A DNA stretch of 64,000 nt from Octopus vulgaris (taxonomy: Eukaryota). The translations under genes were made by a program, and so were the position numbers. How positions within the stretch are numbered: the first letter of the stretch is position 1; the number at the start of each line of letters is the position of its first letter. Shown in pieces: positions 1 through 12,970 of the stretch. The notes under the pieces were generated by a model that was not told where the DNA came from, did not search any database, and was given only the letters and a program-made list of their open reading frames with translations. The stretch spans positions 31,248,001 to 31,312,000 of the forward strand of contig OX597842.1 of NCBI GenBank assembly GCA_951406725.2, written 5' to 3'.

Positions 1-51
1 ATACACCACATATCTCAGTCTTATGTCATCTCCTTCATAAGACTGAGCTCA

Positions 52-209
52 ACGACAGGCTTCTTTCAGTTTCCATCTATCAAATCGCAAGACTTTAGCC
101 AGCTCAGGCTATAATCAAAAGCACTTGCCCATGTACCATGCTGTGGGATTGAACCTGGAACCGTGCGGTTGGAAAGCAGTTTTCTTACCGTGCCACCACA
201 CCTGCACCT
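52..209 (-). mobile_element. SINE family A, diverged 5' half (tRNA-like head)
   Basis: Reverse complement matches the family A head (A-box gtgtggtaag, B-box-like ggttcaatccc, ...gaaactgaaagaagcctgtcg) seen in many copies in this window. Confidence 0.75.
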
Positions 210-499
210 ATAAGGGGAGCAAAATAAACCACGTGCCATTAATCACGCCATATTGATCGCGTTATTATGAAAATAGATTTCAAAAATTTTCAGCTATTTT
301 AAAATATTTAAAATAAATATTTTCTGAAATATTTATTTTATTTTCTGTTCTGCTCTCAATCGACTGAATTTAAATATTATTTAAAATATTATTTAAAATA
401 TTATTTAATATTAAAATCCATTTAAAAAATTGGGGTTTTTTTTTCTGACTTTTGCTGCTTTTAACATAGCTTCCATTACTTATTTAGGCATTAACAATA

Positions 500-500
500 T

Positions 501-557
<57 letters not shown>

Positions 558-1145
558 CACACACATATACGTGTATATATGTATATATATATATGTATAT
601 ATATATATGTATATATATATATACACACACACACATATACGTGTATATATGTATATATATATGTATATATATATGTGTGTATATATATATATATATGTAC
701 ACACACACACATATACGTGTATATATGTATATATATATGTATATATATATGTGTGTATATATATATATATATGTACACACACACACATATACGTGTATAT
801 ATGTATATATATATGTATATATATGTGTGTGTATATATATATATGTACACACACACATATACGTGTGTATATATATATATATATATATATACATACACAC
901 ACATATATACACACACACACACACACAAACACATATGTATATATATATATATATTAATGTATAACTTTCAGTTTAATAACATTTATATTGGTAATTCATT
1001 GGTAACGTGTGTGTGTATATATATATGTATATATAATATACGTATGTATATATATATATATGTATAGACATATACATACCTGTACATACATATTCTTTCT
1101 ATCTCTCCTTCTCTCTGTTTATGGTTATATGTGTACAAATGTGTG

Positions 1146-1176
<31 letters not shown>

Positions 1177-1422
1177 CAAGATGTGTGTACAAATGTGTGT
1201 AGATTAATATGTATATATGAATGCATATGTGTGTATGTGTATAGATTTATGTGTATGTGTACATGTGAGCATATATACGTGTATGTGTGTATATGAATAT
1301 ATATTATATGTATGTGTATTTATAGATGTGTGTGTATGTATTTGAATGTATACGTTCATGTATGTATGTAAATGTATATGTGAGAATAGTTATGTGTGTA
1401 TAAATGTATATATATATAAAGC

Positions 1423-1455
<33 letters not shown>

Positions 1456-1665
1456 AAAAGTGTGTATACGTATATAAAGTGTCTGTATGTATGTATACAG
1501 ATGTATGTGTATATATATACAAAGCTATATATAAACATGCATATTTATGTGTAATGTAAGTGTGTATATATATGTGTGTGTGTGTATTTGAATGTATACG
1601 TTCATGTATGTACGTGAATGTATATGTGAGAATAGTTATGTGTGTATAAATGTATATATATACAA

Positions 1666-1697
<32 letters not shown>

Positions 1698-2216
1698 AAG
1701 TGTGTATACGTATATAAAGTGTCTGTATGTATGTATACAGATGTATGTGTATATATATACATAGCTGTATATAAACATGCATATTTATGTGTAATGTATG
1801 TGTGTATGTATATATATATATATATATATGTGTGTGTATGCATGTACATATGTATAATGCATACACACACGCATACATTTTTTCCCTCTTCTCTCCTCTT
1901 CATCTCAATCAGCCCCCTCCTCCACCCCCTCCTTTACACCCCCACCCCACCCACCCCCACCCCATTTCTCTTCTAATTCGCTTTAATCGCCATCTTGTTC
2001 TGCGTTATATATTTATTTCGCTTATTTACCCAGAAAATAATAAAACTGCAGCCAAATTAATACAACCAAATCTTATTTATAAATCCTCGTGTATGTACGT
2101 ATGTATGTATGTATGTGTGTATGTATGTATGTGCATATATATATATGCATATATACATACATTCAAACACACATACACAGAGATGTATAAAAATGCATAC
2201 ATACATATATATATAC

Positions 2217-2254
<38 letters not shown>

Positions 2255-2274
2255 ATACATACACACATATATTT

Positions 2275-2315
<41 letters not shown>

Positions 2316-2332
2316 CACATATACATACATTT

Positions 2333-2375
<43 letters not shown>

Positions 2376-2392
2376 CACATATACATACATTT

Positions 2393-2432
<40 letters not shown>

Positions 2433-2499
2433 CACATATACATACATTTATACATATATATATATATATATATATACATATACACATATACATACATTT

Positions 2500-2538
<39 letters not shown>

Positions 2539-2555
2539 CACATATACATACATTT

Positions 2556-2598
<43 letters not shown>

Positions 2599-2793
2599 TA
2601 TACATACATTTATACATATATATATATATATATATACATATACACATATACATACATTTATACATATATATATATGTATGTATATATATATATATATATA
2701 TACATATACACATATACATACATTTATACATATATATATATGTATGTATATATATATATATACATACATATACACATATACATACATTTATAC

Positions 2794-2836
<43 letters not shown>

Positions 2837-2850
2837 CACATATATATAAA
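500..2850. repeat. compound (TA)n/(CA)n/(TG)n microsatellite field with higher-order duplications
   Basis: Dinucleotide arrays with repeated interruption motifs (e.g. gtacacacacacatatacgtg, catacatttatacat); a ~245-bp block is duplicated at ~1330-1560 and ~1575-1800. Confidence 0.9.
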
Positions 2851-3435
2851 CTTGGAAATGGATGCGTGGCGTTCAATCATATAATGATATAAATAAAATA
2901 TGTGTGTATGTATATATATATATGCATATATATATATATATTATTTCTATTATTATTATTATTAAATATATATATTATTCTATTATATACATGCAACACA
3001 TTTCTATACACATATATACACATACCTTTATATGCATGAACATACACCCACACACACATATAAACACATGTATACGCATGTATTTATACATCCTTCTAAC
3101 TCTCTAAACTTACAAGATTTTTCTTCAAAGATTTCGCAATGGAATTTATGTTTGTTTGTTGGTTTGTTTGTGTTTTTTCTCTTCCTTTCAATAAATCTCG
3201 GGGATTTTTTTTTATTTTCCTTTTTTCCTTCTTTTTCTCGCTGTTGTGTAATAAACATTTCGTATCAAGAAGCTCGTTTGCTGCCGATTAAATCAACGAC
3301 TTCATTTCTCAATTGATTTCTTCCTGAGATAAGTCCCCCACCCTCCACCCCCACTTTCTTCTTCTTCTTCTTCTTCTTATTATTATTAGTTGTCCGCTGC
3401 TGCCTGGCATTGCTTCCATATAATGGTGGACAGGA

Positions 3436-3829
3436 TTTATATATTTCTTTACTACCCACAAGGGGCTAAACACAGAGGGGACAAACAAGGACAGACAAAT
3501 GGATTAAGTCGATTATATCGACCCCAGTGCGTAACTGGTACTTAATTTATCGACCCCGAAAGGATGTAAGGCAAAGTCGACCTCGGTGGAAATTTGTCAA
3601 AATATTTTCTATTTCTTTATTACCCACAAGGGGTTAAACACAGAGGGGACAAACAAGGACAGACAAAGGGATTAAGTCGATTATATCGACCCCAGTGCTT
3701 AACTGGTACTTAATTTATCGACCCCGAAAGGATGAAAGGCAAAGTCGACCTCGGCGGAATTTGAACTCGGAAAGTAACGACAGACGAAATTTCGCCCGGT
3801 ATGCTAACGTTTCTACCAGCTCGCCGCCT
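3436..3829 (-). mobile_element. SINE family C (tRNA head + Meta-domain-like core), with tandemly duplicated 3' part
   Basis: Minus strand reads ggcggcgagctggtagaaacgttag...gagttcaaattcc...gcctttcatcctttcggggtcgataaattaagtaccag; the 3' ~160 bp occurs twice (3436-3592, 3606-3770). Confidence 0.8.
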
Positions 3830-3920
3830 TAATAGCTTCCCTTATAGATTTGCCTCTGTGTGTGTGTGAGCGCAGGTGTGTGTGTGTGTATATATATATA
3901 TATACATACATACATATATA

Positions 3921-4051
3921 CAGGGTGTCCCCAAAAAATGTATACACATAGTGGTTCGGCAAAAGAGAACGATAGAATTAGTACTAGGCTTACAAAGAAT
4001 AACAAATTTACAATTATTTAAGGTGTGTATACATTTTTTTGGGACGCCCTG
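3921..4051. mobile_element. Tc1/mariner-type MITE
   Basis: TIRs CAGGGTGTCCCCAAAAAATGTATACAC / GTGTATACATTTTTTTGGGACGCCCTG, flanked by TA. Confidence 0.85.
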
Positions 4052-4156
4052 TATATATATACATATATATATATAAACATAATATACATACATATATTTA
4101 TATATATGTATGTATATATATGTATGTGAGTATATATATATATATATATATATATA

Positions 4157-4385
4157 GGCTGACGCCAGACCCCACCATGGCACCTGTGCAGGTGGCACGT
4201 AAAAAGCACCCACTACACTCGCGGAGTGGTTGGTGTTAGGAAGGGCATCCAGCCGTAGAAACACTGCCAGTTCAGACTTGAGTCTGGTGCAGCCTTCTGG
4301 CTTCCCAGATCCCCGGTCGAACCGTCCAACACGTGCTAGCATGGAGAACGGACGTTAAACGATGATGATGATGATGATGATGATG

Positions 4386-4387
<2 letters not shown>
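4157..4387 (+). mobile_element. RTE-type LINE 3' UTR fragment with (GAT)n tail
   Basis: Same sequence as the terminal part of 6138-6960 (...gttaggaagggcatccagcc...gctagcatgga...cgttaaacgatgatg). Confidence 0.8.
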
Positions 4388-4416
<29 letters not shown>

Positions 4417-4436
4417 TGTATATATATGTATGTATA

Positions 4437-6017
4437 CAAGCCCTTGCAAAACCGCTACAGCTCCTTTTTCAGAGCTTTCTTGCAAGTGGTAAGCTCCCAG
4501 TCAAATTGAAAGAGGGGGTAATATGCCCTATCCATAAGGGAGAAAGCAGAGCAGATGCTAAAAATTATAGGCCTATCTCTCTGACCTCACACATCAGCAA
4601 AGTCATGGAACGAATAGTCCACAAGAAACTAATCATGTTCCTTGAAGAAAATGACTTGCTGTCTGACACCCAGCATGGATTTCGACCAGGTAGAGGCTGC
4701 CTAACACAGCTCCTGCAACACTATGACTGGGTGTTTAAACAGCTTCTAAATGGCTCAAATGTGGATGTAATATATCTCAATTTTGCAAAAGCCTTTGATA
4801 AAGTCGACCATGGTATGATCTGTCACAAACTGCGTGGTCTCGGCATAGGCGGAAAACTTAGAGACTGGCTGCACAACTTCCTAAAAGATAGAAGGCAGGC
4901 AGTTGTGGCCAATGGAGCCACCTCCAAGGAAACACAAATAACAAGTGGTGTTCCACAGGGCACTGTCTTGGGGCCACTGCTGTTCATAGTGGCCCTTTCA
5001 GACATGCCCTCAGTTGCTAAGATGGCCACCCTTGCTAGCTATGCAGATGACACAAAAGTCTGCCACACAATACAAAACCCTGGAAATATTGCACATCTGC
5101 AACAGGAGTTGGATACAATATACAGGTGGGCTGAGGACAACAACATGCCGTTTAATGCAGGTAAATTCCAGGCACACAAAGGTAAACGACGTGCAGACTG
5201 GATACACTGGCCCGGGAAGAATTGCAATCCCTGAGTCAAAATCAGTGCATGACCTGGGCATTGACATGAGCAATGATGCATCTTTCCAAGTGAATATTAC
5301 TAATCTGGTGATAAAATTGCAGACGGCTAGCTGGATGGATTCTCGGAACTTTCAGAACAAGAGAGAAGGAGACACTGAGGGTCCTCTGGAAAACATTCGT
5401 CCTCAGCCGCTTGGACTTCTGCTCCCAACTATGGTCACCACACAATATAAAACAAACAGCAGAACTCGAAGCAATTCAGAGAAGCCACACAAAGAAAATC
5501 GTCTCAATGCAAAATGTCAGCTACTGGGAAAGACTGAAGGTATTAAACCTCTTCTCCCTGGAGCGGAGGCGGGAGAGATATGCGGTGATATACATCTGGA
5601 AAATCCTGGAGGGTCTTGTCCCAAACTTTGGCATTAAAAGTTACCCCAACCGCAGAACGGGTCGTCACTGCATGGTGCCAAAGATTCCAACATCACCATC
5701 AAAATACAGGACCAGATACTGCAACAGCTTGGGTTTCAGAGGACCACAGCTCTTCAATATCATTCCTAAATGCCTGAGAGACTTGCATGGTGTGGATGTG
5801 GGTTTCTTTAAAATTAAACTAGATCTCTTCTTGTCAGGGGTCTCAGATGAACCTATCTCACGACAGGAGATGCAGATACGGGCAGCGGCATCGAACTCCC
5901 TTGTTGATCAAGTGCCACGTATCAGAGGTGGTTTCACATACTAGTGTAGCTCATTCAACGGTGGTGCCCCAGCATGGCTGCAGCCTTCGGGCTGAAGCAT
6001 TTTTAAGGATTTTAAGG
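4437..6017 (+). mobile_element. 5'-truncated non-LTR retrotransposon (CR1/L2-group LINE), frameshifted ORF2 reverse transcriptase
   Basis: ORFs 4362-5234 and 5411-5944 carry RT motifs NYRPISL, QHGFR, FAKAFDKV, SGVPQGTVLGPLLF, YADDTK and the C-terminus YWERLKVLNLFSLERRRER...FKIKLDLFL; frameshifts near 5180-5330; short 3' UTR ending in (ttttaagg) repeats. Confidence 0.93.
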
Positions 6018-6100
6018 CTTTATATATATATATGTGTGTATGTATATATATGTGTATATATATATATATGTAAATTTTGCTATAATTATATATATATGTA

Positions 6101-6137
<37 letters not shown>

Positions 6138-6138
<1 letters not shown>

Positions 6139-6960
6139 AGTGCCACACCCTGGCAGTTGAGGGGACCTGTGGAAGAGGTAGACCCAGGAAAACCTGGGTC
6201 GAGGTGGTGAAGCACGACCTTCGAACTCTAGGTCTCACCAAGGAAATGACCAGAGACCGAGACCTATGGAAGTATGCTGTGCGTGAGAAGACCCGGCAAG
6301 ACCAGTGAGAACAATCAAAATCAAATCATATATCAGAAAGCAGGGGTTAAGTGACCCATCCGTTCGTGTCCGCTGTCAGCCTCGTCTGGCACCCGTGCCG
6401 GTGATACGTAAAAGCACCATTCGCTCGTGGCCGTTTGCCAGCTCTGCCTGGCCCCGTGTCGGTGGCACGTAAAAGCACCATCCGTTCGTGGCCGTTTGCC
6501 AGCTCTGCCTGGCCCCGTGTCGGTGGCACGTAAAAGCACCATCCATTCGTGGCCGGTTGCCAGCTCTGTCTGGCCCCGTGTCGGTGGCACGTAAAAGCAC
6601 CGTCCGTTCGTGGCCGGTTGCCAGCTCTGTCTGGCCCCGTGTCGGTGGCACGTAAAAGCACCATCCGTTCGTGTCCGTTGCCAGCATCGCCTGGCCCCGT
6701 GCCGGTGACACGAAAGCACCGTCCGCTCGTGGCCGTTTGCCAGCTCTGTCTGGCACCTGTGCAGGTGGCACGTAAAAACACCCACTACACTCGCGGAGTG
6801 GTTGGCGTTAGGAAGGGCATCCAGCCGTAGAAACACTGCCAGATCTGACTGGGCCTGACAAAGCCTTCCAGCTTCACAGACCCCAGTTGACCCGTCCAAC
6901 CCATGCTAGCATGGAAAGAGGACGCTAAACGATGATGATGATGATGATGATGATGATGAT
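6138..6960 (+). mobile_element. RTE-clade LINE 3' end (ORF C-terminus + 3' UTR + (GAT)n tail)
   Basis: [22 protein letters not shown]...DRDLWK stop at 6308 is a typical RTE C-terminus, followed by a UTR and a GAT microsatellite tail. Confidence 0.88.
6355..6785 (+). repeat. 61-bp tandem repeat (~7 copies) inside RTE 3' UTR
   Basis: The gcacc anchor recurs at 6414, 6475, 6536, 6597, 6658 and 6716. Confidence 0.92.
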
Positions 6961-6976
6961 ATATATATATATATAT

Positions 6977-7205
6977 AGGTGCAGGAGTGGCTGTGTGGTA
7001 AGTAGCTTGCTTACCAACCACATGGTTCCGGGTTCAGTCCCACTGCATGGCACCTTGGGCAAGTGTCTTCTACTATAGCTTCAGGCCGACCAAAACCTTG
7101 TGAGTGGATTTGGTAGATGGAAACTGAAAGAAGCCTGTCCTATATATATATATATGTGTATGTCATTATCATCGTTTAACGTCCACTTTCCATGCTAGCA
7201 TGGGT

Positions 7206-7243
<38 letters not shown>

Positions 7244-7466
7244 TGTATGTGTGTATGTATGTATGTATATGAATGTATATGTTTGTCCTCCCACCATCGC
7301 TTGACAACTGATGTTGATGTGTTTACGCCCCCATAACTTAGCGGTTCAGCAAAAGTGACTGATAGAATAAGTACTAGGCTTACAAAGAATAAGTCCCAGG
7401 GTCGATTTGTTCAACTAAAGGCAATGCTCCAGCATGGCCACAGTCAAATGACTGAAACAAATAAAA

Positions 7467-7468
<2 letters not shown>
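6977..7468 (+). mobile_element. SINE family A, full length (short RTE tail fragment nested at ~7163-7207)
   Basis: Head aggtgcaggagtggctgtgtggtaag...ggttcagtccc; CORE-like ccttgggcaag; internal TA microsatellite; tail gctccagcatggccacagtcaaatgactgaaacaa. Confidence 0.88.
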
Positions 7469-7517
<49 letters not shown>

Positions 7518-8240
7518 TACGTGTGTGTTAGTAAATAATAGATACATAGGATGAGTTTCCGTGTCCCACATCTGCAGCAAAATATTTTTTCACTGAAGAT
7601 TCTTTCTTTGGATCTGTGGACATAATCTTAGATATATCTGTCTATCGAATATATACATCAATACATATATAAGCATGTATATGTGTCTTTCTCTATCGAT
7701 GAATATATGTGAGTGTATAGATATATAGCTGCGTATGTATATATATATATATATGTATTTATGAGCATATATGTATACATATGTGTGTATGTGTTTATAT
7801 ATACACACACACACACACCCACACATATACATATATATACACAAATATATATGTATATATGTGTGCAGCCATTTGGTTCGCCAGCCCTCTGTCAGACCGT
7901 CCAACCCATGCTAGCATGGAAAGCGGACGTTAAACGATGATGATGATGATGATATACACACACATATATATATACAAATAAATATACAAATAAATATATA
8001 TATATATACAAAGATATATATATATACACACACACGCATATATACTCACACACACACACACACACATATATGTATATACACACACACATATATGTATATA
8101 AACACACATACATATATATGCACACACACATAGACACACACGTATATATATACACACCACATACATATATACACACCACATATATATGTATATGCACACA
8201 AAAATATATATATGTATATACACACAAATATATATATATG

Positions 8241-8290
<50 letters not shown>

Positions 8291-8304
8291 CATATATATA
8301 TATT

Positions 8305-8351
<47 letters not shown>

Positions 8352-9081
8352 AATGTATGTACACACACATAGACACACACACACACACCCATTCTTATAA
8401 CCTACACATATCATGTTAATAATCCTTCTTCCCCCTTTGGAATAATGCCATACATCAGCCCACCACCAGCCCCACCACCAAGACAACCACCCCCACCATC
8501 ACACACTCTATTACACCCACCCACCCCGCACTCTCACCCACCTCACCCCACCCCGTACTCTCACCCCCCACCTCACCTCACCCCCACCCCACACAACTAG
8601 TTCGTGTCTATAAATATTTATTGAGGATCAATGAGAGAGGTTGGATGTTGCGGATGGCAAAAACTGCGGAGAAAATCCAGGATTTGATGCAAACTCCAGC
8701 GCTGCCACCACCACCACCACCACCACCTCCGCTAAGAACCACCGCATGTACTATGACCAGTACAGTCTCTACCGCTACTAAGATAACTAAAGCTACCACC
8801 ACCGCTACAACGATCACCACATCTATCAGTCAAGTACTATGAACAACAACAACAACAACACCACCACCACCAGCGCTATTGCCAACACTGCGATTTCCAC
8901 AAATATGTCCATCAGGAGCCAATGGGAGAGATTGTTTACTTTGCAGTGAGATCTGCTAAAAATAACAGCCAAATATTTCCCGATATCACAATCTTACATT
9001 CTATGTTTGTGTGTGTTTATATAGAGTTGCATGCACACATATTATTGTATATATATATCAGTATGTGTGTATAATATATAC

Positions 9082-9468
9082 AGGCGCAGGAGTGGCTGTG
9101 TGGTAAGTAGCTTGTCTACCAACCACATGGTTCCGGGTTCAGTCCCACTGCTGGGCACCTTGGGCAAGTGTTATCTGCTATAGCCTCGGGCCGACCAAAG
9201 CCTTGTGAGTGGATTTGGTAGACGGAAACTGAAAGAAGCCCGTCGTATATATGGATATATATGTGCATGTGTGTCTGTGTTTGTCCCCCTAGCATTGCTT
9301 GACAACTGATGCTGGTGTGTTTACGTCCCCATAACTTAGCGGTTCGGCAAAAGAGACCGATAGAATAAGTACTGGGCTTACAAAGAATAAGTCCCGGGGT
9401 CGATTTGCTCGACTAAAAGGCGGTGCTCCAGCATGGCCACAGTCAAATGACTGAAACAAATAAAAGAG

Positions 9469-9470
<2 letters not shown>
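9082..9470 (+). mobile_element. SINE family A, full length
   Basis: Head, internal TA/TG microsatellite and tail aaaggcggtgctccagcatggcc...taaaagagta. Confidence 0.92.
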
Positions 9471-9503
<33 letters not shown>

Positions 9504-9541
9504 ACATGTAGGTATGTATATAGATATATGTGTATGTATTT

Positions 9542-9845
9542 GAAGGCACATGACTCAGTGGTTTCAGTATCAGGCTCATGATTGTGAGGTTGTGAGTTCA
9601 ATCCCCAGACCGGGCTGTGTGTTGTGTTCTTGAGCAAGACACTTTATTTCATGTTGCTCCAGTTCACTCAGCTGTAGAAATGAGTTTCAACATCACAGGT
9701 GTCAAGCTGTATCGGCCCCTTTGCCTTTCCCTTGGATAACACTGGTGGTGTGGAGAGGGGAGGTTGCTATGCTTAAGTGACCACTGGTCTTTCATAAGCA
9801 ACCATGCTTGGACTTGTGCCTTGGAAGGGAACTTTCTAGGTGCAA
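9542..9845 (+). mobile_element. SINE family D (tRNA head, CORE-like ttgagcaagacact)
   Basis: A/B-box-like head (tgactcagtgg...gagttcaatccc); a related copy lies at 13000-13141 on the minus strand. Confidence 0.7.
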
Positions 9846-9920
9846 TTATTTTTCTTGTGAATTATTTCCACCATATATATATATATAGTTCATTGCTAAA
9901 CCTCGCTAAGATATTTCAAT

Positions 9921-9992
9921 TAACCTGAAGATTGACTGTAACCATAACTCGAATTATTACGAATTGTACAGCCATGAAACGATCGTAGTGTT
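9921..9992 (+). ncRNA. minimal type I hammerhead ribozyme motif (Penelope-type), degenerate
   Basis: CTGAAGA 9925-9931; stem II tgactgta/tacagcca; GAAA 9976-9979; palindromic stem III CGATCG; GTA cleavage triplet. Stem I is weak. Confidence 0.6.
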
Positions 9993-10134
9993 TTACTCTT
10001 ATCTTTTATTAAACTTTTAATACTTTTGATATATATTTGAAATAATATAAATGAATTAATTTTATGTATTGGCTTATGTTTTTCATTGTTTGATTTGCCT
10101 AATAGGGGTTTTATCTCTAATTTAATATAATATA

Positions 10135-10305
10135 TCATCATCATCATCATCATCGTTTAACGTCCGCTTTCCATGCTAGCATGGGTTGGACGGTTCAACT
10201 GGGGTCTGGGAAGCCCGAAGGCTGCACCAGGCCAGTGGTGTTTGTTACGTGCCCTCAGCACGGAGGCCAGTCATTGCGGTACTGGCTACGGTCACGTTCG
10301 GATGG
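10135..10305 (-). mobile_element. RTE-type LINE 3' UTR fragment
   Basis: (CAT)n followed by cgtttaacgtccgctttccatgctagcatgggttggacgg. Confidence 0.8.
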
Positions 10306-10333
10306 TTATATATATATATATATATATATATAT

Positions 10334-10534
10334 CAGTGCTTTTCAAACTTTTTGCTGGAGCAGGACCCCAAGGAAACATTCCACTGGCTCAAGGAACCCC
10401 TGTGCAATAATTTAATAGTCTTTTGCACACATATCTGCACAGGAGATTTAAAAATTACTGCCGATTTTAGCAGTTTTGTAACTTCTTACGGAACCCCTGG
10501 ACTGCACTGGCGGAACCCTGGTTGAAAACCACTG
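10334..10534. mobile_element. hAT-type MITE (~200 bp)
   Basis: TIRs CAGTGCTTTTCAAAC / GGTTGAAAACCACTG; a second copy at 55706-55906 has an 8-bp TSD. Confidence 0.88.
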
Positions 10535-10569
10535 ATATATATATATATATAATAATAATAATGATAATA

Positions 10570-10845
10570 ATAATATTAGGGAGTATGGCTCCAAACTTAC
10601 AGGGAAAAATTAGATTTAGTATTAAATCAAATTTCACATATAAATATATAAAATATGAATTAGAGATAAAACCACTATTATGCAATTCAAACAATGATAC
10701 ACATAAACCAATATATATAAAATTTAAATTTTATATTTTATGTATATTATATATTAATTATATCTATATTATTTTTTATGTATTGGTTTGTCTATCATTG
10801 TTTGAGTTGCCTAATAGTGGTTTTATCTCTAATTCATATTTTATA
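10570..10845. mobile_element. AT-rich foldback element (probable Penelope pLTR-derived)
   Basis: Arms aaatatgaattagagataaaaccactatt...aaaccaata (~10650-10715) and tattggttt...aatagtggttttatctctaattcatattt (~10780-10842). The same arm follows the hammerhead motif at 9921-10130 and recurs at ~61030-61200. Confidence 0.65.
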
Positions 10846-11205
10846 TATATATATATATATATATCTCAATATATAAAAATGTGTCTATGTTTTGAGACCG
10901 GGCTGATTTTCCAACATTACGTAGGCCTAGCAGTGGTTGTGATGGTGATGGTGGAGGTTGCAGTGGTGGTGGTGGTGGTGGTGGTGGTGGTGGTGTTTTT
11001 TGCTTGCAGGGAACCTTGAGTAATGAGACTTAGGTTGAAATCCCTTCCATTCATGACCTCTATGTCTATGTTCCACACAGACAAAACCCTCTATCTAACG
11101 TAGAAAGGAAGTGAATAAAATTTCTCTAACATCAATGAAAACTGACTTTGCCAAGTTTCTTTCAACTGCATTCTGCTCACAACACATTCATCTAACTCTA
11201 TGTTG

Positions 11206-11291
<86 letters not shown>

Positions 11292-11322
11292 ATCTGTCTA
11301 TCTATATCTGTCTATCTATCTA

Positions 11323-11411
<89 letters not shown>

Positions 11412-11430
11412 CTGTCTATCTATCTATCTG

Positions 11431-11463
<33 letters not shown>

Positions 11464-11468
11464 ATCTG

Positions 11469-11529
<61 letters not shown>

Positions 11530-11534
11530 ATCTG

Positions 11535-11587
<53 letters not shown>

Positions 11588-11596
11588 ATATATCTG

Positions 11597-11677
<81 letters not shown>

Positions 11678-11700
11678 ATCTGTCTGTCTGTCTGTCTATG

Positions 11701-11769
<69 letters not shown>

Positions 11770-11800
11770 CTATCTATCTAATCTGTCTATCTATCTCTTT
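11206..11800. repeat. (ATCT)n tetranucleotide microsatellite
   Basis: Near-pure array. Confidence 0.97.
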
Positions 11801-12651
11801 ATCTGTCTATCTATTTATCTCTCTCTCTATCTCTCTCTCTTTCTCTCTCTTTCTCTCTCTATCTATCTCTCTCTCTCTATCCCTCTCTCTATCTACCTAT
11901 CTATCCCTCTATCTGTCTGTCTTACTATCTATTTCTCACTTCATCCATCCACCCATCTATCTTTCTATTTCTCAATCTATCTGTCTGTCTGTCTGTCTAT
12001 CTATCTTCTAACATACACATACACATAAGTGTGTGTGTGTGTACAATTGCTTTACACATTCATGTACACTCATATACACACATCTATGAATAATGTTCTA
12101 CACATACACATACACACACATATATACATTGATGCACACACACACACACATGAGCCTGTAATTCTACACACATACCAAGAAATAAAGTCTTCAATCACCA
12201 TTCCCCCCAACCCGTCCCCATAATCACCGCCCCCACCCCCACATAATTCCAGCCATTTTTGACAGGCCTCTTGCAATATATTTATTTATTCTAAAAACCT
12301 GCAAATTTGCCAACAACCCTTCAATTCAATTCTGACCCAAAAACTGCGGCTAAGAAGCCAGGACGGACACAAGCGATCGATTTTACACGAAAGATGATGA
12401 CCTTTAATGCACCGACTGGTCATTTGGTGGTCATCTGAGGAGGGCCGGAGCTGGTCTTTTTTAGGATGTGATATCAAAGATCTTGTTACTATAGTTGTGA
12501 AATGACAGAATCGGTGGAGCGTCGGACTATATGTCTTATAGAATTTTTTCTTGGCTTGCAACCATCTGAGTTTTAAATCTCCCCAAAGGAAACTTAATCT
12601 GCGTCTGTCTGTCTCTGTATCTCTACATCTACCTCTCTTTATCTATCTGTA

Positions 12652-12970
12652 TATCACTTTGATCACTTTGACCGACCAGTCTGTCAGGCGTCCATTTGAC
12701 ACCGCTGGTCACAGCACGCTGTCCACTCCTCTCTGGATCGCGCCTTTCTCATCCACGTGATCCCAATCGTCCTCTTGAAATCGTCACTCCACTGTCGTGG
12801 AGGTCTTCCAGGTGGTCTTTTCCGCTCACGCGGGTACCACACGACAACTGCGTGTGTCCACCGATTATCGGTGAGCCGGGCAATGTGTCCAGCCCATCTA
12901 TACTTGCTGTGAGTATATTCTGCGATGACATCTCTCACACCGGACTTCTTTCTGATGATGTTGCTATCTG
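12652..12970 (-). mobile_element. RTE-clade LINE 3' end (second family)
   Basis: KYRWAGHIARLTDNRWT...WYPRERKRPPGRPPRQWSDDF...ARSREEW; short 3' UTR ending in (caaagtgat) repeats. Confidence 0.9.

Noticed and set aside
14-47. Perfect 12-bp inverted repeat ctcagtcttatg/cataagactgag
   Set aside because: It lies at the window edge, is too short for a pre-miRNA and has no ribozyme core around it, so it cannot be interpreted.
4362-5944. Active or domesticated reverse transcriptase gene
   Set aside because: 5'-truncated with no endonuclease domain, frameshifted, and the apparent poly-Met start comes from a neighbouring (GAT)n tail.
8621-8842. Pro/Thr-rich ORF as a host exon
   Set aside because: Short, built on (CCA)n degeneracy, with no convincing splice signals or homology.
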